From the NCBI GenBank assembly GCA_963719085.1, contig CAVRAL010000001.1:1056001-1120000 (forward strand): 64,000 bases of DNA. The letters are read 5' to 3'. This document shows, one piece after another, positions 19,103 through 28,161 of this stretch (position 1 is the first letter of the stretch; each line of letters opens with the position of its first letter). Under the pieces are notes generated by a model. That model did not search any database and had not been told where the DNA came from. It saw nothing but the letters and a program-made list of their open reading frames with translations. Source of the stretch: a candidate division FCPU426 bacterium. Lineage in GTDB: Bacteria > Oederibacteriota > Muellerivitia > Muellerivitales > Muellerivitaceae. Made by a program: the position numbers and the translations under genes.

Positions 19103-19219
19103 GATTTTTTTGATCCTTCCCCGGGTTGGACTCGAACCACCCCACAGTTCGTTTGGATATGCACTATTTTAGCCCAAGAAGAAGAGAAGTATTTATAGAT
19201 TTGGAAGGGACCGCGAAAT

Positions 19220-19262
19220 AAAAAAGGGCAATGGAATCCTTGTTGAAAGGATACCATTGCCC
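19220..19262 (-). terminator. Intrinsic terminator of the thrS-lipoprotein unit
   Basis: GGGCAATGG.ATCCT...AGGAT.CCATTGCCC-TTTTTT. Confidence 0.8.
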
Positions 19263-19286
19263 ATCAAACGGCCAAATGAGCTATTT

Positions 19287-19850
19287 TTAGGGGCAAACCC
19301 AATCGGCGGAAATCTCCGGGGCCGAGGCGAAACTGAACACCGAACTGCTGGGGAAAGTCGCCGGGAGCAGCCCCGATCCGGGGCCGTAGGAAGCCTCGTT
19401 TGTACCCGTCGCATTGGTTAAAAGATACTCGACCGCCTGCGAGGACCCCACCGCCAGCCAATAATAACCCGCGGGCAAGTCCACCCCGCCGCCGGAAAAG
19501 TCGAGGGTCACGCCCGCGCAGGCCGTCACTTCTTGGCTGATCACCGGGCTCACCAGGGTTCCGGGCGCCGAAGTACCATCCGAATAGATGCCCACATTGA
19601 AGGTCGTTCCCGCCGATCCGCAAACATTGATCCGAATGTCGGTGACCTTCGCTTCATGCGTGAATTGGTAACGAGAGGCGTACAAGTGGTCCGTGGTGGT
19701 CGTATTGGTTCCATCCGTGCTGTTTAACCCAACGTTTCCACCGGTACAGGGAGCGGGGCCGGACGGCGAGGAACCGCAACCCAGGTTGGTAAGAATCGAA
19801 GCTAAAATAATGGGGCAAGCGAACAAAAGCGTGAATACTAAATTTTTCAT
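19287..19850 (-). CDS. Hypothetical lipoprotein (beta-rich)
   Basis: Lipobox NLGC, Ser/Pro linker, VGIYSD...PGTL...LPAGYYWLAV. Confidence 0.75.
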   Translation of the reverse strand: MKNLVFTLLFACPIILASILTNLGCGSSPSGPAPCTGGNVGLNSTDGTNTTTTDHLYASRYQFTHEAKVTDIRINVCGSAGTTFNVGIYSDGTSAPGTLVSPVISQEVTACAGVTLDFSGGGVDLPAGYYWLAVGSSQAVEYLLTNATGTNEASYGPGSGLLPATFPSSSVFSFASAPEISADWVCP

Positions 19851-19880
19851 GGATTTAGTTCCTCCCTATTTTCAATCCAA

Positions 19881-21707
19881 CTATTCCGGCAGCGTCACAT
19901 CAGCGAAGTTATCCATCAACCGTTCCCTGACCATCTTTTCAAGCATGTCCTCGGCCTTGGCCAAGGGCGCTTGGATTTGTTTCTCGGCGGCATAGCGGCG
20001 CCAAGTGATGGTCTCGTCTTTCACCTCGTTGGCCCCGACGATCCAGATATTGGGAATCTTTCGGGTGATGGCGTTGCGCACCTTTTTCGAGAAAGAATCG
20101 TTGGAAAAATCGACCTCGGCCCGAATCAACCGCGAGTCCAATTCGGCTTTGATCTTTTCGGCATAGGGCAAAAAATCCTCGGCGACCGGAACCACTCTCA
20201 CTTGAGTCGGCGACATCCAGGTCGGGAAAGCCCCGCCCCAACGCTCGATCAAGAATGAAATGAACCGCTCATGGGTGCCCAAAGGCGCCCGGTGAATAAT
20301 GAAGGGTCTTTGCTTGGAGCCGTCCGAAGCCGTGTATTCCAACTCGAAGCGCTCGGGAGAAGTGAAGTCGAGCTGAACGGTCGCCGCCGTCTCTTCCCGG
20401 CCCAGCACATTCTCGGTCTGGTAGTCGATCTTGGGGCCGTAAAAGGCCGCCTCGCCCGCCACTTCCTCGTATTCCACATTCAATTCTTTCAGCACTTCCC
20501 GAAGGATATTTTCGGTGCGGATCCAAAGCGGCTCATTTTCCCCGAACTTGTCCTTGTCCTTGTCATGGAGCGAAAGCCTTACCCAGATCTTGTCCATGCG
20601 GAACTTGCTGAAATAAAACTGGTGCATGGCCACGACTTTTTTGATCTCAGATTTAATCTGGTCCTCGGTGCAATAGATGTGGGCGTCGTTCATGGCCAAC
20701 CCCCGCACGCGAAGAAGCCCGGCCAATTGGCCTGATTTCTCGAAACGGTACACCGTGCCGTATTCGGCCAAACGCAGGGGAAGCTCCCGGTAGCTGCGGG
20801 GGCGGGCCAGGTAAATCATGTGGTGATGGGGGCAATTCATGGGCTTCAAGTAAAATTCTTCGGGAGGCGAATCTGGGTCTTTTTCCACGCTTCGCATGGG
20901 CGGGAACATTCCCTCTTTATAAAGCTTGAGATGGCCCGAGAGTTTGTACAGGTCTCCATTGGCGATATGGGGCGTGGCTACGCGGACATAGCCGTCCCGG
21001 AACTCGGTTTCCTTGGCGAAGGCTTCCAATTCCTCACGGATCACGGTCCCGTTAGGAAGCCAAAGGGGTAATCCCTTCCCCACCCGCTCATCAATGGTGA
21101 AAAGTTCAAGCTCTTGACCCAGCTTGCGGTGGTCGCGCTTCAAGGCCAGTTCCCGGTCCTTGACGAATTGTTTCAGTTCCGCCTCAGTGGGAAAAGCCAG
21201 GCCGTAAATGCGGGTCAGCATGGGATTCTTGGAATCTCCCCGCCAGTAACTGCCGGCGATGGAATCAAGCTTAAAACCCATCAGGGGAATCTTGGAGGTA
21301 TCCGCGACGTGGGGGCCTTCGCACATATCCACAAAGGGGCCGCTGGAATAAAAACTGAGGTTTTCCCCCTCGGCAATTAATTCTTTGGCGTATTCGGTCT
21401 TCAGGCTTTGGCCCATGCCGTCCAGTTTCTTGAGGGCTTCATCCTTGGGCAGGTCTTCACGCTTGAACTCTTGTTTTTCCTGGATGATTTTACGCATGCG
21501 TTTTTCGAGGTCGGGGAAATCGGCTTCGGTGAGGGGTTCTTCCAATAAAAAGTCGTAATAAAAACCCGTACGGATGGGGGGGCCAAATCCTAATTGAGCC
21601 TTGGGCCTTATCTGTAAAACGGCCTCGGCCAGGATATGGGCCATGGAATGGCGTATCTTGAAAAGCGTCTCATCCATTCTATGTTTTGGTTCGTATTTTT
21701 CGGACAT
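19881..21707 (-). CDS. thrS: Threonine--tRNA ligase
   Basis: RHSMAH, GFYYDF, DMCEGPH, RDHRKLG, LKPMNCPHH, AAFYGPKID, IHRAPLGTHERF. Confidence 0.98.
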   Translation of the reverse strand: MSEKYEPKHRMDETLFKIRHSMAHILAEAVLQIRPKAQLGFGPPIRTGFYYDFLLEEPLTEADFPDLEKRMRKIIQEKQEFKREDLPKDEALKKLDGMGQSLKTEYAKELIAEGENLSFYSSGPFVDMCEGPHVADTSKIPLMGFKLDSIAGSYWRGDSKNPMLTRIYGLAFPTEAELKQFVKDRELALKRDHRKLGQELELFTIDERVGKGLPLWLPNGTVIREELEAFAKETEFRDGYVRVATPHIANGDLYKLSGHLKLYKEGMFPPMRSVEKDPDSPPEEFYLKPMNCPHHHMIYLARPRSYRELPLRLAEYGTVYRFEKSGQLAGLLRVRGLAMNDAHIYCTEDQIKSEIKKVVAMHQFYFSKFRMDKIWVRLSLHDKDKDKFGENEPLWIRTENILREVLKELNVEYEEVAGEAAFYGPKIDYQTENVLGREETAATVQLDFTSPERFELEYTASDGSKQRPFIIHRAPLGTHERFISFLIERWGGAFPTWMSPTQVRVVPVAEDFLPYAEKIKAELDSRLIRAEVDFSNDSFSKKVRNAITRKIPNIWIVGANEVKDETITWRRYAAEKQIQAPLAKAEDMLEKMVRERLMDNFADVTLPE

Positions 21708-21748
21708 GATGGTTCCAAATCGACTAGCGGTGAATCGGCCGGGAAAAA

Positions 21749-21825
21749 TGGTGGGCGTAACTGGACTCGAACCAGTGACCCCTTCCATGTCAAGGAAGTA
21801 CTCTAACCAACTGAGCTATACGCCC
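21749..21825 (-). tRNA. tRNA-Val(GAC)
   Basis: GGGCGTATAGCTCAGTTGG...CTTCC-TTGACAT-GGAAG...GTTCGAGTCC...CCA, 77 nt. Confidence 0.97.
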
Positions 21826-21858
21826 CGGAATCTAAAAAAGAAGCCAACAGCAGACCGA

Positions 21859-21886
21859 ATTGTAGGGGGGCTTCCGAATCTGTCAA
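21859..21886 (-). promoter_or_regulatory. Sigma70 promoter for tRNA-Val/thrS
   Basis: TTGACA-N16-TACAAT. Confidence 0.75.
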
Positions 21887-21909
21887 GTTGACCGGAGTCA
21901 CCCCAACGC

Positions 21910-22584
21910 CTACTCGGGGAAAATTTTCTCCATTAAACGGCCCAACTCGCTGAACTTTTCCTGGTAATCCTCTTGGCTGAGCCGGATCACCTGATGGGCC
22001 TCTTCCCGGCCATAAGTATGCACAATATCGGTTTGTCCCTTGTGCATGGTGGGAAAGTCCTTGTAGGTAAGGAAGTAATGGCGCAAACGGTCGACCAGGT
22101 TATGCGGGCAATCGCTGATGTCGTTCCATTCGCCATAGACCAGGTCGCTTTTCAGCACCGCGATGATTTTGTCGTCCGCTTCCCCATTGTCAATCATGCG
22201 GAGGCCCCCGATAGGTTTGGCCTCCACCAGGATGTCGCTCTTAAAAATCGGCCGCTCCGAAAGCACGCAGATATCCAGCGGATCCGTATCCCCGTCCATC
22301 TTGGAGATTCCGGCTTTTTGGGCGAAGTAGGCGGATACCCGGGGTCCGCAATAGGTCCGGGGAATGAAACCGTAAAGCGAGGGGCATTGGCTGGAAAAGG
22401 CCTGGGGCCGGTCCACCCGGAGGAATCCGGTATTTTTGTCCACCTCATACTTCACGTTGTCCGTGGGCGTGATTTCGATGTAAGCGTTCACGAAACGCGG
22501 CGCTTCATAACCGATATCCAGGCCGTGCCAGGGATGATGTTTGAATAAAAGCCGCGCGTATTTTCCGAATAATTGATCTGACAT
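21910..22584 (-). CDS. ppa: Inorganic pyrophosphatase (family I)
   Basis: HPWH, KYEVDK, YGFIPRT, DGDTDPLDICVL, DDKIIAV. Confidence 0.95.
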   Translation of the reverse strand: MSDQLFGKYARLLFKHHPWHGLDIGYEAPRFVNAYIEITPTDNVKYEVDKNTGFLRVDRPQAFSSQCPSLYGFIPRTYCGPRVSAYFAQKAGISKMDGDTDPLDICVLSERPIFKSDILVEAKPIGGLRMIDNGEADDKIIAVLKSDLVYGEWNDISDCPHNLVDRLRHYFLTYKDFPTMHKGQTDIVHTYGREEAHQVIRLSQEDYQEKFSELGRLMEKIFPE

Positions 22585-22649
22585 AAAATCCTCCAACCCC
22601 CCGCAGAAAAGTGCCTGATTCTACCGAACTCAAGGCCTCTGTCTAGTTT

Positions 22650-23207
22650 TTATTTCGCCTTCGCTTCCCCAAGTAAAGCCTTCACCCGGCTAAAAAGCGG
22701 CAAGCCCGCGTCCTTCGCCGACAAGACCGGGTTTTGTACCGGCCATTTGATTCCAAGCTCCGGGTCGTTCCACAAAATCCCGATTTCGTCCTTCGGGTCG
22801 TAATAATCCGTGCACTTATACTCGATCTCCGCCACCGGGCTCAGCACACAAAACCCGTGAAAAAAACCCGGCGGTAGATAAAGCGCCTGAAAGTCGGAGT
22901 CCTTCAAGCTGCAGCCAAACCACTTCCCGTAAGCGGGTGAACTTGGGCGGGCGTCCACGGCCACGTCATAAATTTCCCCGAGAGCCACCCGGACAAATTT
23001 GCCCTGGGGCTTTTGAAGCTGGGCGTGAAGCCCGCGAAGTACGCCCTGCTGGGAGCGGGAACGGTTGTCCTGCAAAAACCTCTCCGTGATCCCCAATCCC
23101 GCCAAACGGCTCTCATGATAATTCTCGACGAAATAACCCCGGTCATCGCCATGACGCGTCAATTGGATCAGTTTAAGCCCCGGCAAAGGTTCTTGAAGCA
23201 GACGCAT
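22650..23207 (-). CDS. rfbC: dTDP-4-dehydrorhamnose 3,5-epimerase
   Basis: DDRGYFVE, QDNRSRS..GVLRGLH, YDVAVDAR, HGFCVLS. Confidence 0.97.
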   Translation of the reverse strand: MRLLQEPLPGLKLIQLTRHGDDRGYFVENYHESRLAGLGITERFLQDNRSRSQQGVLRGLHAQLQKPQGKFVRVALGEIYDVAVDARPSSPAYGKWFGCSLKDSDFQALYLPPGFFHGFCVLSPVAEIEYKCTDYYDPKDEIGILWNDPELGIKWPVQNPVLSAKDAGLPLFSRVKALLGEAKAK

Positions 23208-23214
23208 GGCCCGT

Positions 23215-24075
23215 TCACCCCAAAAGTGATTTTAAATAATCCCCATAGGATCCCGGATAGTTCTCGGCGATCGTTTTAAACTCGTCCCGGCTCAAGAATT
23301 TTTGCTTGTAGGCGATCTCTTCCAAGCAGGCCACCCGCAATCCCTGCCGTTCCTCGATGGCTTGAATGAAGGTGGAAGCCTGCAGCAGCGACTCCGGCGT
23401 CCCCGTATCCAGCCAGGCGATTCCCCGGCCCAAGGTCAAAACCCCCATTTTTTTGCGCCGCATATACTCAAGATTCACATCCGTGATCTCCAACTCCCCG
23501 CGCTTGGAAGGTTTCAACCCGCCCGCGATCTTCACCACGTCTTTGTCATAAAAATAAATTCCGGGGACCGCGTAGGACGATTTAGGCTTCGCGGGTTTTT
23601 CCTCAATCCCGACCACCCCGCCCTTCCCGTCAAACTCGATCACCCCATAACGCTCGGGGTCCCGGACAAAATAAGCGAAGATCATGGCCCCATCGGTCAG
23701 CTTGGCGCCTTCCTGCAAATGCTGGGTCAAACCCTGTCCGTAAAAGATGTTGTCGCCCAGCACCAGGGCCACCGGCTCATTCTGGATAAAATCCTTGCCG
23801 ATCAAAAAGGCTTGGGCGATGCCGGCGGGTTTTTCTTGGACCGCGTACCGCATCCGGACCCCCACGGAGGACCCATCGCCAAAGAGCCGTTTGAACCCGG
23901 CGATGTCGTCGGGCGTGCTGATGAGTAAAATATCCCGAATGCCGGCCAGCATCAAAACTGAAAGCGGGTAATACACCATCGGTTTGTTATAAACCGGAAG
24001 CAGCTGTTTGCTGACCGACCGCGTAATGGGATGGAGCCTGGTTCCGCTCCCCCCCGCCAAAAGAATGCCTCTCAT
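23215..24075 (-). CDS. rfbA: Glucose-1-phosphate thymidylyltransferase
   Basis: [41 protein letters not shown]. Confidence 0.98.
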   Translation of the reverse strand: MRGILLAGGSGTRLHPITRSVSKQLLPVYNKPMVYYPLSVLMLAGIRDILLISTPDDIAGFKRLFGDGSSVGVRMRYAVQEKPAGIAQAFLIGKDFIQNEPVALVLGDNIFYGQGLTQHLQEGAKLTDGAMIFAYFVRDPERYGVIEFDGKGGVVGIEEKPAKPKSSYAVPGIYFYDKDVVKIAGGLKPSKRGELEITDVNLEYMRRKKMGVLTLGRGIAWLDTGTPESLLQASTFIQAIEERQGLRVACLEEIAYKQKFLSRDEFKTIAENYPGSYGDYLKSLLG

Positions 24076-25169
24076 TTTTCGCCCCCCGCCAATCCCAGCC
24101 TTTGCCGGTTATATTTTCCCGTCTGGACCTTCGCGCACCAAACCCGGTTCAGTAGATACCACCGGACCGTTTCCCGGATGCCTTCCTTAAATCCATGCTT
24201 GGGCTTCCATCCCAGTTCCCGCTTGATCTTGGAAGCGTCGATGGCGTAACGGCGGTCATGGCCGGGCCGATCCTTCACGAAGATCTTCAATTGGTCGTAA
24301 TGCTTGACCGCCTTCGCTTTCAACACCGGGTTTTGCCCGGGCGGCACCGCTTCTTCCAAACACCGGCAGATGGTATCGACCACTTGCAGGTTGGTCTTCT
24401 CGCTGTGGCCTCCCACATTATACTTTTCGCCGGGCTTTCCCCGGGTTAATACGGTCCAAAGGGCCTCGCAATGGTCGCCCACATAAAGCCAATCCCGCAC
24501 ATTCAAACCATCCCCATAAATGGGCAGGGCCTTGCCTTCCAAGGCGTTTAAAAGGGTCAGGGGAATCAGTTTCTCCGGATATTGGTAGGGACCGTAATTG
24601 TTCGAGCAATTGGTCATCAAGACCGGAAGCCCGAAGGTCTCGAAATAGGCCCGGCTCAAATGATCGGCACCCGCCTTGGTGGCCGAATAGGGTGAATTGG
24701 GTTGATAGGGCGTCTCTTCTTTAAACAGACCCTTCGGTCCCAGGCTTCCGTAAACTTCATCCGTTGAGATTTGTAAAAACCGAAAACCCTTGGCTTTTTT
24801 CTTGGCCAAAGCCCCCCAGTAACGGCGGCTTTCTTCCAAAAGTTCAAAGGCGCCTAAAACATTCGTCCTCACGAAAACCCGGGGCCCCTCGATCGACCGG
24901 TCCACGTGGCTTTCCGCGGCGAAGTTGACGACAAAGTCCGGCCGAGCGGCCAGAAAAGCTTTCCGCACCATCACCGGATCGGCGATATCGCCCTTGATCA
25001 TTTGAAAGCGCTTATTCCCCAAAACATCCCGCAGGGTCAAAAGATTCCCCGCGTAGGTCAGTTTGTCCAATACGGTCACCCGGACATCTTGGCCCTTGCC
25101 CAAGGCGGTCCTCACGAAGTTCGAACCGATAAACCCGGCCCCCCCCGTCACCAAAATGGAAGTCATCAC
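24072..25169 (-). CDS. rfbB: dTDP-glucose 4,6-dehydratase
   Basis: [41 protein letters not shown]. Confidence 0.98.
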   Translation of the reverse strand: MMTSILVTGGAGFIGSNFVRTALGKGQDVRVTVLDKLTYAGNLLTLRDVLGNKRFQMIKGDIADPVMVRKAFLAARPDFVVNFAAESHVDRSIEGPRVFVRTNVLGAFELLEESRRYWGALAKKKAKGFRFLQISTDEVYGSLGPKGLFKEETPYQPNSPYSATKAGADHLSRAYFETFGLPVLMTNCSNNYGPYQYPEKLIPLTLLNALEGKALPIYGDGLNVRDWLYVGDHCEALWTVLTRGKPGEKYNVGGHSEKTNLQVVDTICRCLEEAVPPGQNPVLKAKAVKHYDQLKIFVKDRPGHDRRYAIDASKIKRELGWKPKHGFKEGIRETVRWYLLNRVWCAKVQTGKYNRQRLGLAGGEK

Positions 25170-25190
25170 GCCCCCTTGATCAAAACGATT

Positions 25191-26777
25191 TTACAGGTTA
25201 ACACTGGAACCGGTTTGATGCGCTGGTTTCAATAGGTCAAAAACGGTCTTCACCGGGTTAAACGTGGCCAAGGGCACTTCCACGAAAAGGGTTGTCCAGC
25301 CCGCCATGGCGCCGTTCCAAAGCCCGGGAAGTTCCAAGGCCTTTAACTCCCGCCCCTGATGGGATTTGCGGCTGATAAAGACCGCTTTCTCGTCCACATA
25401 GTCCGCCAACGAATAAGGTTTTCCACGCCGATCGGAGACGGCGCAAACCAAGTCCACCGGATTGAAATGCGTGGATTCGCGGAAAAGCGCGGCCTGGGCC
25501 TCGGAGTCGGGATCGACTTGGGACCCTTCCACGATTTGAAGCGACTCCCCGCTCCCGGGGCCTTTGACCCAAAAAGGACCGCCGCCCGGCTCTCCCGTGT
25601 TCGGGACGACACCGCAAACCCGCATCGGACGATCCAACAGTTTTTGAAGCCACTTCACTTTTTCCGGCTCGTCCTTTTTCGCGAATGTGTCGGGCACTTT
25701 GACCCACAAAACCTCCCGGACAAATTCAGCCATTTCCCGAAGCGACGCCTCGGAAACGTTGCCCTCGTCCAAACGGCGCAGAAACTCAAAAACCCTCCCC
25801 TGGGTTTCGAGCAGGTAACCCGCCAAAAGCTTTTTCCATTCGATGGTGGGTTCCAGAAATTTCTCGATCACCACATTGTCGATGTTCTTAATGAACACGA
25901 TGTCGGCGCCCAGCTGGTCGAGGTTTTTTAAAAGCGCCCCATGACCCGCCGGCCTAAAAACCAGCCGGCCTTCCTTATCCCGGAAGGGCTCATTATTTAA
26001 ATCCACCGCGACCGTTTGATAAGACTTTTCCTGTTCGGAAAAACCGACTTGAAACCGGGCGCCCATGGGTTTCTCAAGGGCTTGGGTCAATTCCGCGACC
26101 CGCTTCTCGTAAGCGGCGCGGTGTTCGGGAGACACCGTAAAATGGATCCGGCAAACACCTTGGGCGTCCTTCAAATAATGGACGCCTTCCCGCAAATGCT
26201 CTTCCAGCGCCGTCCTGGGCCCCTCCGGATGGCCGTGAAATTGGATAAGGCCTTTGGAAGCCAGGCCATAACCCAATCCTTCCTCCGACAAAAGCGATTC
26301 CCAAACGGGGCCGTACTCGCCTTGCTTCAACAGCGCGTCGAGGTCTTTTCCCCGCGATTGGAGTTGTCGCTTGAGATCGCCGTAAAAAGCCACACGGGGC
26401 AGCGAATCCATGAAAAACAACAGGCTCAAGGCTTCGGCGTCGCCCAAAGCGGACTTGGCTTGAAGCTCCGCGCGCCGCGCGCAGCCTTCCTTCAAAAATT
26501 TTAAGAACGATTGGAACATGCGGGTCGCCGCGCCGGAGGCCGGGACAAATTTCGAAAGCCTTCCCTGGTCCCGGGCGACGCCGTAAGAAGCCAAGAGCCC
26601 CGGCTTTTGCGGGTCCTCGATTTTATGGATTCCATCGGATAGGACCGCCGGGCGCGCCAAAACGGCGAAAGGGGGTGGATTTTTAAAAAGGGATATCTGC
26701 CGTTCCACCTCGGCGGGCGGAAGCGCAAGTTGTCTCATTTGCTCGAAGTCGGAAGCGGACCAGGAATGGGGGCTCAT
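25191..26777 (-). CDS. DUF4301 family protein (nucleotide-sugar pyrophosphorylase-like motifs)
   Basis: KFVPASGAATRMF, FRPAGHGALL, FIKNIDNV, GEPGGGPFW, STHFNPVDLVC, ELPGLWNGAMA, FNPVKTV. Confidence 0.9.
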   Translation of the reverse strand: MSPHSWSASDFEQMRQLALPPAEVERQISLFKNPPPFAVLARPAVLSDGIHKIEDPQKPGLLASYGVARDQGRLSKFVPASGAATRMFQSFLKFLKEGCARRAELQAKSALGDAEALSLLFFMDSLPRVAFYGDLKRQLQSRGKDLDALLKQGEYGPVWESLLSEEGLGYGLASKGLIQFHGHPEGPRTALEEHLREGVHYLKDAQGVCRIHFTVSPEHRAAYEKRVAELTQALEKPMGARFQVGFSEQEKSYQTVAVDLNNEPFRDKEGRLVFRPAGHGALLKNLDQLGADIVFIKNIDNVVIEKFLEPTIEWKKLLAGYLLETQGRVFEFLRRLDEGNVSEASLREMAEFVREVLWVKVPDTFAKKDEPEKVKWLQKLLDRPMRVCGVVPNTGEPGGGPFWVKGPGSGESLQIVEGSQVDPDSEAQAALFRESTHFNPVDLVCAVSDRRGKPYSLADYVDEKAVFISRKSHQGRELKALELPGLWNGAMAGWTTLFVEVPLATFNPVKTVFDLLKPAHQTGSSVNL

Positions 26778-26811
26778 GACTGGGCCCCTCGGGAAGAAAA
26801 AGGAAAAGAAA

Positions 26812-26887
26812 TGGAGGCGGCAGGCGGATTTGAACCGCCGAATCGCGGTTTTGCAGACCGCTCCCTTAACCACTTGGGTATGCCGCC
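26812..26887 (-). tRNA. tRNA-Cys(GCA)
   Basis: GGCGGCA acceptor stem, GCGGT-CTGCAAA-ACCGC anticodon arm, TTCAAAT T-loop, CCA. Confidence 0.97.
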
Positions 26888-26979
26888 CAAAAAACCAAAA
26901 TCTTCCGGCGCTAAAAATGAATCAAAACCCTCGGGAACCAATTTTTTAAATTCGGGGGGGTTTGAAAAAAACAAAAAAA

Positions 26980-27054
<75 letters not shown>

Positions 27055-27088
27055 GTTTTTCACGAATGAATCTCTCGAAACGGAGCGG

Positions 27089-27117
27089 ATTATACTGATC
27101 GCTAAGGCAGGAGTCAA
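27089..27117 (-). promoter_or_regulatory. Sigma70 promoter for tRNA-Gly/Cys
   Basis: TTGACT-N17-TATAAT followed by a GC-rich discriminator. Confidence 0.85.
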
Positions 27118-27169
27118 TTGGGGAAATAAGGCAACGCGACCCACCTTCCCCACAGACGCGAACCCCATA

Positions 27170-27991
27170 CTAATCCTTCTTGAGCCCCAGGTCTTTCGCG
27201 ACTTGGTCGATAATCTCGGCGTCGATGGTTTCTTTTTTCAGCAAATAGCCTTCCAACATGGCGTTGTCGCACGTGGTGTTGATCAATCGGGGAATACCCT
27301 TGGTGTAATCAAAAATTTTCTGATAAGCGTCCAGCGTAAAGACCGGCTTCACGCAGCCGGCCACGGACAGGCGATGCTGGATATAATTTTCGGTGCTCTC
27401 CCGGGTCAATGACTTGACGAAAAATTTCACCGCGATCCGTTGAAACAAGGGCGGGTCCAGGGCCAGATACTGCTCGAGCTCGGGCAGACCCAAAAGAATA
27501 ATGGAGATGAGCTTGCGGCCCGGCACCTCCAGGTTTAAAAGGCCCCGAAACTCCTCGAAAATTTCCTTCTTCTGAAGCATGTTCGCCTCATCGATTAAAA
27601 CCACCGCCTTACGCCCCTCCTCATAAATTTTCATGAGGCGCTCGTAAAGCTGGGAAATGATCTGTCCCTTGGTTTCGCCCGGGTCTTCCACGCCCAACTG
27701 AACGGCGATTTTTTTGAGCATCCATTCGGCCGTGATTTCGGTATGAACGATGACCAAGAGGGTGGCTTCGTATTGGGGATCCTGCTCCAGTTTTTCCAAA
27801 GCTTTGCGGGCCAAAAGGGTCTTCCCCGCGCCGATGTCCCCCACGACCACAGTCAAGCCCTTCATGGTATCGACCGCGTGAAGCATCCTCACCATGGCTT
27901 CCGAATGTTGGCTGCTTTCGAAATAAAAACGGCTGTCGGGAGCGTTGGAAAAAGCCTGTTCCCTTAATCCGTAAAATTGTTCGTAGCTCAT
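27170..27991 (-). CDS. ExeA/GspA-type AAA ATPase
   Basis: YEQFYGL..AFS..PD.RF, GDIGAGKT, VLIDEA, GLPEL, TKGIPRLIN..CDNA. Confidence 0.92.
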   Translation of the reverse strand: MSYEQFYGLREQAFSNAPDSRFYFESSQHSEAMVRMLHAVDTMKGLTVVVGDIGAGKTLLARKALEKLEQDPQYEATLLVIVHTEITAEWMLKKIAVQLGVEDPGETKGQIISQLYERLMKIYEEGRKAVVLIDEANMLQKKEIFEEFRGLLNLEVPGRKLISIILLGLPELEQYLALDPPLFQRIAVKFFVKSLTRESTENYIQHRLSVAGCVKPVFTLDAYQKIFDYTKGIPRLINTTCDNAMLEGYLLKKETIDAEIIDQVAKDLGLKKD

Positions 27992-28161
27992 AAGTCCTCG
28001 GGAGGTGCCTTTGGGTTCGGCGGGTCCGAAATCCAAAAACGGAATCAAGGATGCCTGTCGTTTTTCGGCTAGAATCTGTTAATTTTTAGTACGAAGTCCA
28101 ATAATTCTTGAGCAAAGAACTTGGATCAAACGAGAACAACTAAAGAAGCCCCAAATCAGCG

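Noticed and set aside
17259..19157. LexA (Cheo) boxes as an explanation of the CGAAC/GTTCG sites
   Set aside because: That box is CGAAC-N4-GTTCG; the spacing here is 12-13 nt.
16430..19160. Complete integron or prophage
   Set aside because: No integrase, attI, full-length attC or phage genes are visible.
21708..21788. N-terminal extension of thrS in the ORF track
   Set aside because: Runs into tRNA-Val; the ATG at 21707 is more plausible.
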